Positions 27,800 to 37,632 of a stretch of 64,000 nt of DNA are shown here, in pieces. The stretch is from positions 118,993 to 182,992 of the forward strand of contig CAZWXQ010000001.1 of NCBI GenBank assembly GCA_964637955.1, written 5' to 3'. A program made the translations under genes and the position numbers. This DNA comes from an uncultured Gammaproteobacteria bacterium. GTDB taxonomy: Bacteria > Patescibacteriota > Microgenomatia > Levybacterales > UBA12049. The stretch's first letter is position 1. Every line of letters begins with the position of its first letter. The notes under the pieces were generated by a model. The model made no database searches, had not been told where the DNA came from, and was given only the letters and a program-made list of their open reading frames with translations.

Positions 27800-29035
27800 A
27801 TGCCAGCAGTACAAAGAAGCGAATTCGCTTTAGCATTAAATCAGGTAGCAAATGAAAGAGGAATTGATCCTACAATCGTTCTTGAAACAGTTCAGAACGC
27901 GATTCTTGCGGCTTATAGAAAAGATCATCCTGAAAGTGAATTAGAAGAATATTCAGCAACTCTTGATCCAAATTCAGGTGAAGCACACATTTGGCATGAT
28001 GGAGAAGATGTAACTCCTCCAGGATTTGGAAGAATCGCAGCTCAAACCGCAAAGCAAGTAATTCTCCAGAAAATCCGCGAAAAGGAAAAAGAAGCCATAA
28101 TCACTGACTATAAAGTTAGAATTGGGACTATCGTAAATGGTATGGTTCTTAGATTTGCTGGACCAAATATTATAGTAGACATAGGAAAAGCTGAAGGGGT
28201 CATGCCTCCAAATGAGCAAATCTCAAATGAAAAGTATCATCTTAATCAAAGATTTTCAGTTTATCTAAAAGAAATTCATGAAGGACCAAAAGGCGAAGAA
28301 GTTTTAGTCTCTCGTGCTGATAATGGTCTTCTTGAAGGGTTACTTAAGCGTGAAGTTCCTGAAGTAGCACAAGGATCAGTTGAGATCAAATCTATTGAAA
28401 GAGAGCCTGGAAATAGAGCAAAGATTGCTGTTTCTTCAACTCAAGCAGGAATTGATCCGGTTGGAAGTTGTGTTGGTCAAAAAGGAGTACGTGTTCAGGC
28501 TATTATTGCTGAATTTAGTGGTATTGAAAAAATTGACATAATTCAGTGGCAAGAAAATCCAAAAGAATATGTAATTCAAGCTCTTTCACCAGCAAAAAAT
28601 ATAACAGTTGAAATAGATGAGAAAGAAAAAACAGCTTTTGTTAAAGTTCCTCAAGAAGAATTATCACTTGCGATTGGAAAAGATGGTCAAAATGTAAGAT
28701 TAGCCTCAAAGCTTACAGGATACAGAATTGAAATTGAAGGATCAGAAGAATTGGTTACTGAAACAGAGGATCATAAAGTAGAAGTTGTAGAGGCTAAAGA
28801 TGAGGTAGAAACACCAGAAGAAAAAATTGAAACTAGTGAAAGTGTTGAAACATCCGAAGATATTAAAACTTCAGAAGTAGTAACTCCGGAGGACGAAGCT
28901 ACAGCAGAAGCTGCAACGGAAATAGTTGAAGCTACAAAAGAATCAGAAGAAGCAGAAACTCCAGCTGAAATTGAAGAGGAAGAATCATTAAATAAACCTC
29001 TTGAGCCTGAAAATCCTGATACTGATGCTAAATAA
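27800..29035 (+). CDS. nusA: Transcription termination/antitermination factor NusA (NTD, S1, two KH) with acidic Glu-rich C-terminal tail
   Basis: KH motifs (GSCVGQKGVRVQAI…; AIGKDGQNVRLAS) and S1 region; the likely start is the ATG at 27800 (MPAVQRSEF…) rather than 27704. Confidence 0.85.
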   Translation: MPAVQRSEFALALNQVANERGIDPTIVLETVQNAILAAYRKDHPESELEEYSATLDPNSGEAHIWHDGEDVTPPGFGRIAAQTAKQVILQKIREKEKEAIITDYKVRIGTIVNGMVLRFAGPNIIVDIGKAEGVMPPNEQISNEKYHLNQRFSVYLKEIHEGPKGEEVLVSRADNGLLEGLLKREVPEVAQGSVEIKSIEREPGNRAKIAVSSTQAGIDPVGSCVGQKGVRVQAIIAEFSGIEKIDIIQWQENPKEYVIQALSPAKNITVEIDEKEKTAFVKVPQEELSLAIGKDGQNVRLASKLTGYRIEIEGSEELVTETEDHKVEVVEAKDEVETPEEKIETSESVETSEDIKTSEVVTPEDEATAEAATEIVEATKESEEAETPAEIEEEESLNKPLEPENPDTDAK

Positions 29036-29155
29036 TATGAATTTTCAATTTAAAATTTTAAATTTTTAATGAAATCCGAATGTTTAAATTTTTAAAGATT
29101 AATTAATTGGAAATTCAATGAAAATTGATAATTTAAGATTAAAAATTAAACATTT

Positions 29156-30616
29156 ATGGATAAAAACAAAACAATTGAACAATTCCCCCCTGTAGTAGCT
29201 GTACTTGGTCACGTTGATCATGGGAAAACCACGCTTTTAGATACAATCAGAAAAACTTCTATCGCCGATCGTGAGCATGGTGGAATCACCCAAAAAATTG
29301 GAGCATCATCTGTAGAAATTGATCATGAAGGTAAAAAAAGAAGAATTACTTTTATAGACACGCCAGGACATGAGGCTTTTGCAAAAATGAGAGGGCGTGG
29401 TGCCCAAGCTGCAGACATAGGACTTCTCATAGTTTCTGCAGTGGACGGCGTAATGCCTCAAACAAAGGAAAGTATTTCACTTCTTAAAGCCTCAGGTGTC
29501 CCATATATAGTAGTGCTAACCAAAATTGATTCTCCAGAAAAAAATCCTGAAAAAGCCAAAAAGCAATTGGCAGTTGAAGAAGTTATGATTGAGGGTTATG
29601 GTGGAGATGTGCCTGTAATCGAAATTTCAGCAAGAACTGGTGAAAACATAAAAGAGTTACTAGATTTGATTCTTCTTGTGAACGATTTACATCCAAAAGA
29701 AGCAGACGTAAATCTAGATTCGCCTCTTAAAGCAATTGTTATTGAATCCAAGCAAGATCCTAAGGCTGGGCCTAAGGCTAGTATAGTTATAAAAAATGGA
29801 AAACTAGCTGTAAGAGATGATATAACTACAGGAAAAGTGAGCGGTCGAGTTAGAAGTCTAATTGCTGATTCTGGAGTTCAGATTAAAGAAGCAGGCGTGG
29901 GTGAAGCTGTGGAAATATTAGGTTTTAATGAGGCTCCAAGCGTGGGTGATGTTGTCTACAAAGTCCCCTCCGACGCTAGAGCTATGGCGGGCAGGTCTGA
30001 GAGCGATCATAATGCTGTTAGCGAAGCTAAGGTTAAAGAAAAGCATGATGATGAGTCTATATCATTAATTTTGGTTGCTGACACTCTAGGCTCTCTTGAG
30101 GCAATTGTGGCTTCGCTTCCAGCAAAATTAAACATTATTTCTAAGAAAACAGGAGAAATTTCACTTGCAGACGTGCTTATGGCTAAATCCATAGGTGCAT
30201 TAGTTCTCGGTTTTAACATAAAAATTAAGCCTGAAGTAGCAAAGCTTGCATTAACTGAAAAAGTCTTAGTTAAGAACTACACAATTATCTATGAAATGCT
30301 TCAAGAAATTGAAGATGTAGTTGAAGGAAAACGCGTTTCGCTTCTCGAGGAAATATATGGTGTAGCTAAAATTCAAGCTTCATTTCCATTCGATAAGCAG
30401 ATTGTCATGGGTGTAAAGGTGCTTGAGGGTCGCGTGGCAAAAGGAGATAAGGTTAGGATAGAGCGTGGAGAAGAGATAATTGGCGAGGGTCATATAAATT
30501 CTGTTAGAGCTGGAAAAGATCAAACCTCAAAAGTAGAATCCCCAAATGAGGCAGGTATTATAGTAGGGCCTGCACTTGACTTTCAGGTAGGGGATATGGT
30601 AATATCCCATAGCTAA
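29156..30616 (+). CDS. infB: Translation initiation factor IF-2, short form (G domain GHVDHGKTTLLD…DTPGHEAF)
   Basis: GTPase motifs and domain order; follows nusA. Confidence 0.88.
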   Translation: MDKNKTIEQFPPVVAVLGHVDHGKTTLLDTIRKTSIADREHGGITQKIGASSVEIDHEGKKRRITFIDTPGHEAFAKMRGRGAQAADIGLLIVSAVDGVMPQTKESISLLKASGVPYIVVLTKIDSPEKNPEKAKKQLAVEEVMIEGYGGDVPVIEISARTGENIKELLDLILLVNDLHPKEADVNLDSPLKAIVIESKQDPKAGPKASIVIKNGKLAVRDDITTGKVSGRVRSLIADSGVQIKEAGVGEAVEILGFNEAPSVGDVVYKVPSDARAMAGRSESDHNAVSEAKVKEKHDDESISLILVADTLGSLEAIVASLPAKLNIISKKTGEISLADVLMAKSIGALVLGFNIKIKPEVAKLALTEKVLVKNYTIIYEMLQEIEDVVEGKRVSLLEEIYGVAKIQASFPFDKQIVMGVKVLEGRVAKGDKVRIERGEEIIGEGHINSVRAGKDQTSKVESPNEAGIIVGPALDFQVGDMVISHS

Positions 30617-30735
30617 TTGAGCCTATAGAATATAAATTCAAAATTCATAACTTAAAAGTCAAAAGTTCAATTCAAAACTTTTCAACTTTTTAATTTAAAT
30701 TTTGCATTTTTAATTTTAAATTCTAAATTTTTTAT

Positions 30736-31935
30736 ATGGATATTCAAAGATTAAAAGACATTTTTGAAAAAGCTGGCACATATGCTATTGTTGTGGGTCA
30801 AAACTACACAATAGACGAAATGGGCTCAGCCCTCTCTATTTATTTAACTCTTAAATCACTTGGTAAAGATGTAAGCGTGATTTCAGGAAAAGAACCACTT
30901 GTTGAAGTTTCAAATTTAGTTGGAATTGACAGCGTAAAATCAAGCTTTGAATCAGCTTCTGGAGATCTTATAGTTTCATTTCCATATCAACAGGATGAAA
31001 TTGGAAAAGTTTCATATACTCTTGAGGATGGTTTATTAAACATTATAGTAAAACCAAAAGACCAGCCTCTTTCATTCGGTGAAAAGGATGTTATTTTCAA
31101 AAGAAGTGGAAGTAATCCAGAAGTTATTATTACCGTTGGTGTTAAGAGAATATCAGAGCTTCAAACTTTCTTTGATGTTCAATCCCTTAAGGATACAACT
31201 ATTATAAATATAGATAGAGCAGGAAATAATGAAGGGTTTGGAGATGTAGTTATAGTTGGTCAGGGTGCTTCGTCTGTTTCTGAGCAAGTAGCAAACCTTA
31301 TGCTTTCACTAGGATACCCACTTGACGCAGATATTTCTCAAAACCTTATAGGTGGAATAGTAGCTTCAACTGGAAATTTCCAGAGTCCAAGAACAAGTTC
31401 GCTTGCATTTGAAATGGCTGGAATACTTCTTAGAAATGGTGCTAAAAGAGAAGCTTTAAGATCACAAAATCCAGGACAAACTAGAACTCCACAGCAGTTT
31501 GGATATAACATGACTGGAGATAATCAGCCACAAATCCCACCAATGCCATCAATGCCAGGTCTTCCACCTATGCCGAGACCACAAATGAATCAACCAAGAC
31601 AACAACAGGCAAGAGCCCAAATGCCGAGACCACAACGTGCTCCTATGCCAAGACCACAAATACCACCTATGCCTAGCTCACAGAGGAGTCCATTAGATGA
31701 CGATCAATTACCACCACCACCTATGCCAAGGTCTCAAAAAAGTCCAATAGATGATGATCAAATGTCACCTATGAGCCAAAATGATAAGATAAATCAAATT
31801 AACCAACAGCTCTCAAGTATGAGTGGAGACTATCAAAAAGAGGCAAAAATAGATGATGCACCAATTGACACCCCAGATGCGCCGCCAGATTGGCTCGCAC
31901 CAAAAATCTTCAAAGGATCTACAACAGTTGAGTAA
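30736..31935 (+). CDS. DHH/DHHA1-like (NrnA-like) protein with degenerate DHH catalytic motifs and a C-terminal Pro/Met/Gln-rich repeat tail (PPMPSMPGLPPMPRPQMNQPRQQQ…)
   Basis: Overall NrnA-like topology and DHHA1-like GGGH-equivalent region (IGGIVAS); canonical DHH/PDGD residues replaced (GQNYTIDEMGS). Confidence 0.45.
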   Translation: MDIQRLKDIFEKAGTYAIVVGQNYTIDEMGSALSIYLTLKSLGKDVSVISGKEPLVEVSNLVGIDSVKSSFESASGDLIVSFPYQQDEIGKVSYTLEDGLLNIIVKPKDQPLSFGEKDVIFKRSGSNPEVIITVGVKRISELQTFFDVQSLKDTTIINIDRAGNNEGFGDVVIVGQGASSVSEQVANLMLSLGYPLDADISQNLIGGIVASTGNFQSPRTSSLAFEMAGILLRNGAKREALRSQNPGQTRTPQQFGYNMTGDNQPQIPPMPSMPGLPPMPRPQMNQPRQQQARAQMPRPQRAPMPRPQIPPMPSSQRSPLDDDQLPPPPMPRSQKSPIDDDQMSPMSQNDKINQINQQLSSMSGDYQKEAKIDDAPIDTPDAPPDWLAPKIFKGSTTVE

Positions 31936-31940
31936 GTAAA

Positions 31941-32495
31941 ATGATAGATAGAGACACTTTTGCCTCAATGAGAAAGCTAGCGGAATATAGATCAGGGCGA
32001 GCTCCTATGGATCGAGATATTGAAATACCAATTAGATTGGCAAGTACTGCGAAGAGTTACTTAAGAGCTTATGGCAAGGTCACTGAAGAAGAGGGAAAAT
32101 CTGTTAGGATTGTTCACTTAACAGGGAGAGATCCTTTTGATAGGCTTATGCGATTTGTGTGGAGATTGAAAGATATTGAAGTAGAGGTTGATCCAGATTC
32201 AATGGATATTAGATCAATTGGAGATTTAAATCACGGACTTATTATTGAGGGTTATGAGCTGGTCGAAGTTGAATATTCTAATAGAAGTGGCTTTATGTCA
32301 CATAAGTTGCCAACTTTAGATTTACCAAGAGTTGCACGTTCCCAAAGATACCTGGAAATAGAGGTTGATCATGGTGCGGACAATCTAAATAGTACATTAG
32401 ATGCTTTGTGGGATTCTTTTCCTGCACGTGAAAGTTTATTTGAGATGGCACAAACAAAAAGCTTTATTTCTAGAAGTGAAGGGTTGTCTCTATAG
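31941..32495 (+). CDS. Hypothetical protein (184 aa)
   Basis: ORF only. Confidence 0.35.
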   Translation: MIDRDTFASMRKLAEYRSGRAPMDRDIEIPIRLASTAKSYLRAYGKVTEEEGKSVRIVHLTGRDPFDRLMRFVWRLKDIEVEVDPDSMDIRSIGDLNHGLIIEGYELVEVEYSNRSGFMSHKLPTLDLPRVARSQRYLEIEVDHGADNLNSTLDALWDSFPARESLFEMAQTKSFISRSEGLSL

Positions 32496-32582
32496 TTTAT
32501 TGTAATAAGTTCGGGGTTTTGATATAATACCTGAATACAAAAATTTTTAATTTGAAATTTTAAATTTTTAATTTAATAAGAT

Positions 32583-32852
32583 ATGCCTCTAAGTACAACA
32601 CAAAAACAAGAGATTATAGAGAAGTTCGCTATTGAAAAAGGCGATACTGGTAGTCCTGAGGTGCAAATTGCACTTCTTACTACAAGAATTGAAAAGCTCA
32701 CAGAGCATTTAAAAGCTCATGGTCATGATGTTCATAGTAGACGCGGATTATTAACTATGATTGCTAAGAGAAGAAGACTTATTAACTTTTTAACAAAAGT
32801 TGATAAGGCGCGTGCTGGTGACATTACTAAAAAAGTAGGATTGAAAGATTAA
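32583..32852 (+). CDS. rpsO: Ribosomal protein S15
   Basis: …GDTGSPEVQIALLTTRIEKLTEHLKAH…HSRRGLL…RRRLINFL… canonical S15. Confidence 0.9.
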   Translation: MPLSTTQKQEIIEKFAIEKGDTGSPEVQIALLTTRIEKLTEHLKAHGHDVHSRRGLLTMIAKRRRLINFLTKVDKARAGDITKKVGLKD

Positions 32853-32923
32853 GAAGAATAGATTAAAATAAACTTCATAGTCCTCGTATTTAGTAGTTGT
32901 GTGAGAGAGAATAAAATAAATAA

Positions 32924-35341
32924 ATGAAAAAAACCTCAGTAGAATTAGAGTTAGCCGGAAAAAAGTTAACATTTGAAACAGGCGAATTAGCAGTACAAGC
33001 TACAGCGTCTATTTTGGCGCGCCTTGGAGATACTGTGGTTCTAGTTACAGTTGTAGAAGGCGGAAAAACTGATCTCGATTACTTCCCACTTTCTATTGAA
33101 TATCAAGAAAGACTTTTTGCTGGTGGAAAAATAAAAGGTTCAAGATGGGTAAAAAGAGCTGGAAGACCAACAGATGAATCTATTTTAGCAGGAAGACTTA
33201 TCGACAGATCTGTAAGACCACTTTTTCCAAAGACATTTAAAAATGAAGTTCAGGTTATCGTAACTATTCTTTCTGTTGATGGAGAAAATCAGGCAGACAT
33301 TCTAGCTTTAAATGCAGTTTCTGCAGCGCTCGCAATTTCAAGAATTCCATGGAACGGTCCAATTGGTGCAACCAGAATGGGTTATTCTCTTGAAAAGCAG
33401 GAATTGATCGCAAATCCTACTCTTCCAGAAACACAGACTTCAGAGCTCGATATCGTTTTCTCTCAATCTGTTGATAAAACAGTTATGATTGAGGCTGGAG
33501 CAAATCAAGTTTCTGAGGATATCCTAAATGATGCTATAGCAAAGGCTCATATTGAAACTCAAGCAGTTATAAAAGGAATTGAAGAATTAGTTAAGAAAGT
33601 GGGACAGAAAAAAATTGAAGTAAGTGAAGATGCAAGTCTTCACGATGTTGTTGGTTTAATCGAAAAATCTTATAAATCAGAAGTTGAAGGACTAATTGAA
33701 AATCGCGTAAGTAAAGAAAGTGGTGGAGATGAAACTGGAGCTTTAGTAGATAAGATTTTTGAAGATGAAAAAGTAAGAGATCCAAAAACTGAAATTGATA
33801 AAAAGACAATCGGAGCTGCAATTGAAAAAGTAATGTTTAAAATCATAAGAACAAATGTTATTTCTAAGAAAAAAAGAGCAGATGGTAGAAAAATGGATGA
33901 AATCAGAGAAATTAATATGTCACTTGATCTTCTCCCAAGAACTCATGGATCTGCACTATTTCAGCGAGGAATCACCCAAGCTTTATCAGTAGTTACTCTT
34001 GGGAGTCCTAGAATGGGACAACTTCTTGAGTCAGCTGAAGGCGAAGAGGAAAAGAGATATATTCATCATTATTCAGGTCTTCCTTATTCATTTGGACAAG
34101 CAGGAAGAGTAAGTGGAGCTTCACGTAGAGAAATTGGTCATGGTGCGCTCGCAGAAAGAGCGCTTCTTGCAGTTATTCCTTCACAAGTAGATTTCCCTTA
34201 CACAATTCAAGTAGTTTCTGAAGTTTTGTCACAAAACGGATCTAGCTCTATGGCTTCAACTTGTGGATCAACTTTGGCTCTTATGGCTGCTGGAGTTCCA
34301 ATCAGAAAGCCAGTTGCTGGAATCTCAATCGGTATGATGTCGGACGAAAAAGATTATGAGCTTTTGACTGATATTATCGGACTTGAAGATTTTTCAGGTG
34401 ACATGGATTTCAAAGTTGCAGGAACAGACGCTGGTGTTACAGCAATTCAGCTGGATGTAAAAATCCCAGGACTTACTGATGAGCAGGTTAAAAATATTCT
34501 CGAAAGAGCAAAAACAGCAAGACTAGAAATTCTAGAAAAAATAAAAGCAATTATTCCTGAGCCTAGAAAACAGTTATCGACTTATGCTCCAAAGATAGAA
34601 AATGTACAGATTCCAGTTGATAAGATTGGTGAGCTCATCGGACCAGGTGGAAAGATGATTAAGCACATCATAGCTACAACTGGAGCTCAGGTAGATGTAG
34701 AAGATGATGGAATGGTTACTATTTCAGGCGTAGATCAAGAAGGTGTAACTAAAGCAACTGATTGGATTAAGAATATGATGAGAGAAGTAACACCTGGAGA
34801 AATTTTTGAAGATTGTGAAGTAAAGAGAATGCTCGCATTTGGAGCCTTCGTGGAATTCTTGCCAGGAAAAGAAGGAATGGTGCACGTTTCTCAAATGAGT
34901 AATGAGTACGTAAAAGATCCTTCAGACGTGATGAATATTGGTGACAAAGTAAAAGTAAGAGTAATGGAGATTGATGATCAAGGAAGAATAAATCTTTCTA
35001 TGAAATTTAATGAAGATGGAAGTATCCCGCCTGATGATAATAGAGGAAATAGAGGCGGTGGAGACAGAGGTCATCAAGGAGGAAATGGTGGAGGTTATAA
35101 TAGAGGTGGCGGAGATAGAGGCGGAAGCAGGCCTCCATATAATTCAAGACCATCTTATTCATCTAATTCAAATGGAACTCCAAGGCCTCCAATGAGAGGG
35201 CCAAGACATGATGATCCAACAGCAGGACCTGCAACTCCACATCCACTCGCAATGCAATTTAGAAGAGAGCGTGAAGAAAATTATAAAAGAGATAGAAGAC
35301 CAGGAAGTAGTCCTCGTCCTTACAAAAAAACCCACTATTAA
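32924..35341 (+). CDS. pnp: Polynucleotide phosphorylase (two RNase PH domains, KH, S1) with Gly/Arg-rich (RGG-like) C-terminal low-complexity extension
   Basis: Canonical PNPase motifs; C-terminal ~110 aa GNRGGGDRGHQGGNGGGYNRGGGDRGGSRPP…. Confidence 0.9.
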   Translation: MKKTSVELELAGKKLTFETGELAVQATASILARLGDTVVLVTVVEGGKTDLDYFPLSIEYQERLFAGGKIKGSRWVKRAGRPTDESILAGRLIDRSVRPLFPKTFKNEVQVIVTILSVDGENQADILALNAVSAALAISRIPWNGPIGATRMGYSLEKQELIANPTLPETQTSELDIVFSQSVDKTVMIEAGANQVSEDILNDAIAKAHIETQAVIKGIEELVKKVGQKKIEVSEDASLHDVVGLIEKSYKSEVEGLIENRVSKESGGDETGALVDKIFEDEKVRDPKTEIDKKTIGAAIEKVMFKIIRTNVISKKKRADGRKMDEIREINMSLDLLPRTHGSALFQRGITQALSVVTLGSPRMGQLLESAEGEEEKRYIHHYSGLPYSFGQAGRVSGASRREIGHGALAERALLAVIPSQVDFPYTIQVVSEVLSQNGSSSMASTCGSTLALMAAGVPIRKPVAGISIGMMSDEKDYELLTDIIGLEDFSGDMDFKVAGTDAGVTAIQLDVKIPGLTDEQVKNILERAKTARLEILEKIKAIIPEPRKQLSTYAPKIENVQIPVDKIGELIGPGGKMIKHIIATTGAQVDVEDDGMVTISGVDQEGVTKATDWIKNMMREVTPGEIFEDCEVKRMLAFGAFVEFLPGKEGMVHVSQMSNEYVKDPSDVMNIGDKVKVRVMEIDDQGRINLSMKFNEDGSIPPDDNRGNRGGGDRGHQGGNGGGYNRGGGDRGGSRPPYNSRPSYSSNSNGTPRPPMRGPRHDDPTAGPATPHPLAMQFRREREENYKRDRRPGSSPRPYKKTHY

Positions 35342-35421
35342 ATTAGTGATTAGTTGCTAGTGAATAGTGACTATTTTAAATTATTTTTAATACCAAGCTA
35401 TAATATCAATTATTTTGAATT

Positions 35422-35757
35422 TTAATCTCTTTGAGGCGTTCTATTTTCTAGTAATTGATCTCTTAGGTAAAGGACATGAATATCTACGGGTGTAGGAGTT
35501 AATTGCATAACAAAATTTTGTTTTCCTTCCTCAGAAATAGCCAGTTCAGGGTCAATCTGAGCAAGTAGTTCTATTCTTAATTTTGGAATAGTAGGGCATC
35601 CTTCTCTGCGTGCTTCTTGAGAAAAGGTGGAAACTCTTCCGCGTATTTGATCTTTATCAAGACCTTGGATGAGCACTGCTTCAATTAAATCTGAAGCTTT
35701 TTCGCCCTGAGGACATTTTACAGGGCATTCTTGACAAACATTAAGTTCTATCCTCAT
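35422..35757 (-). CDS. Hypothetical Cys-containing small protein (CQECPVKCPQGE…)
   Basis: ORF only. Confidence 0.3.
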   Translation of the reverse strand: MRIELNVCQECPVKCPQGEKASDLIEAVLIQGLDKDQIRGRVSTFSQEARREGCPTIPKLRIELLAQIDPELAISEEGKQNFVMQLTPTPVDIHVLYLRDQLLENRTPQRD

Positions 35758-35902
35758 TCAGGGATTGTAGCATAAATAATATACTATATCAAAATATATC
35801 ACTTATGAATATATGATAGCGTTATTTAATTCAATGGAATATGAATCGCTCTTTGATTGTTTTTAAAAAGATTTGCAAGGGTTTATAGCTTATAATTACC
35901 TA

Positions 35903-36574
35903 ATGAATGTATCGATTATAATTCGAGTAAAAAACGAAAAGGAAAATCTCGATAAACTTATAAAAATCTTAAAAGAACAAACATTTCAGGATTTTGAAGT
36001 AGTAATTGTTAATAATAATTCTTCAGACGGTTCAGATAAAGTTCCTTATGATTATTTTCCAAAAGAGAGAATTCAAATTGCTAATATTGATAGATTTACA
36101 TATTCCAAGGCATGCAATGAAGGGGTAAGAAAAGCCCGTGGAAAGTTTATTGTATTTCTTTCAGCGCATGCATATCCAATGACAAAAACATGGCTAGAAG
36201 ATGGTTTAAAAGACTTTAATGATAATAAAGTTGCTGCAGTTTTTGCATTTCCAGTCGCTGGAAGTGATGGAGGTGTCTGGGAAAAAATAAGTAGTATTCC
36301 AAATTACATTAAGAGAGGTGGATATATGGGAAATACAGATTCAATTATTAGACGCAATTTATGGGAAGAACATAAATTCGACGAAGAATTAATTAATGGC
36401 TCCGAAGATTACGAATGGTCATTATATTGGTCTAAGGAAGGCTGGAAAATAGTAAATGATCCCAAATTTAGAGTTTACCATTCTCATGGATTGAGCTTAA
36501 CTGAAATATTGAAACAACATAAAATGTGGAGTAAACAAAAAAAGGAAATAAATAATAAGTTTTTGATAAGATAA
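35903..36574 (+). CDS. Family 2 glycosyltransferase (…VSIIIRVKNEKENL…VVIVNNNSSDGSDKV…)
   Basis: GT2 N-terminal signature; start likely ATG 35903 (TATAAT at 35891-96). Confidence 0.6.
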   Translation: MNVSIIIRVKNEKENLDKLIKILKEQTFQDFEVVIVNNNSSDGSDKVPYDYFPKERIQIANIDRFTYSKACNEGVRKARGKFIVFLSAHAYPMTKTWLEDGLKDFNDNKVAAVFAFPVAGSDGGVWEKISSIPNYIKRGGYMGNTDSIIRRNLWEEHKFDEELINGSEDYEWSLYWSKEGWKIVNDPKFRVYHSHGLSLTEILKQHKMWSKQKKEINNKFLIR

Positions 36575-36578
36575 CGTT

Positions 36579-37571
36579 ATGGATCAACTAGTAGAAAAAC
36601 CTCAAGTGCCAGAGTTGGAACCGCTTCCTGCAAATTTAGATTTTCAAATATATTTTTCTCCTCATGGAACGCCTAAAGACTTTGAAGGTCTTCATGCGCT
36701 CATTGAAAATGCAGATATTTATATTCCTGAGGGATACGGATGGGATCTTGAGACATTAAATTTATTCAGAGAAGTATCTAAAGGGACAAAAACGATCGAC
36801 GACGCAAGAGAGTTAGGAGTTACTGACATGGGATTAGTTGAGCTCATTTCTCTTTACAATACAGGAAAACTTGTAACATTTATTGATCTACCAGGAGATA
36901 AGGTTGAGAGAGATCCACTCCTTTTGATGTCTGCTAGAAGCGTAGAAGATTTGTATGATAATGCAAGACATTATTTGCAAAAAAAAGGCTTAATGGATAG
37001 ATCAAGAGAAGAATACATGTTAAGTGTTCTAGATGAAAAAATCCGGATTGAACTAGGTAAAAATTCAGAATTAAAAGATAAACCACGAATTAATGTTTTA
37101 TTATCATTGGGCAGTTTTCATACTGGAATTTATCATGAATTAAAAAGACAAGGTAGAAATGTCAGTAGAACTTTAAATGGTGAGTTTGTTTATGGCCCCA
37201 TAGAAGAAGTAAAAAGGAGGTTTAGATTTGGAAAAGAGGTGAGCGAAGAGCTAATCGCACAGGCTTTTTTAGAGAACGTTTTCTACTCAGTTTTTAATTC
37301 CCGATTAAGTGATTTAACAGAAGAAACAAATAAGATATTGGAATTTGAAGGACTAGTGGCTAGATGCTTTAGTCAAGATGAAATAAATGATATTTTTAGA
37401 AATTTACCTTTACATGGTTGGGATTATTTTAAGGGATCATTTGAAAGTTATATCCAGTATTTATTAGAGAAAAAAGGAATTAAGATTCCTGAATCCGAAG
37501 AAGAGTTGAGTGAAATTATTAAGCAAAATCAAGTATCCAAACAAACGCCCAGAAAACAAATTAAGGAATGA
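36579..37571 (+). CDS. Hypothetical protein (330 aa)
   Basis: ORF only. Confidence 0.35.
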   Translation: MDQLVEKPQVPELEPLPANLDFQIYFSPHGTPKDFEGLHALIENADIYIPEGYGWDLETLNLFREVSKGTKTIDDARELGVTDMGLVELISLYNTGKLVTFIDLPGDKVERDPLLLMSARSVEDLYDNARHYLQKKGLMDRSREEYMLSVLDEKIRIELGKNSELKDKPRINVLLSLGSFHTGIYHELKRQGRNVSRTLNGEFVYGPIEEVKRRFRFGKEVSEELIAQAFLENVFYSVFNSRLSDLTEETNKILEFEGLVARCFSQDEINDIFRNLPLHGWDYFKGSFESYIQYLLEKKGIKIPESEEELSEIIKQNQVSKQTPRKQIKE

Positions 37572-37632
37572 AACAATTATCTACATTTTAGTAACTAGCG
37601 TTTGGTTAACCACCTTAATTGGTAAATAATAT

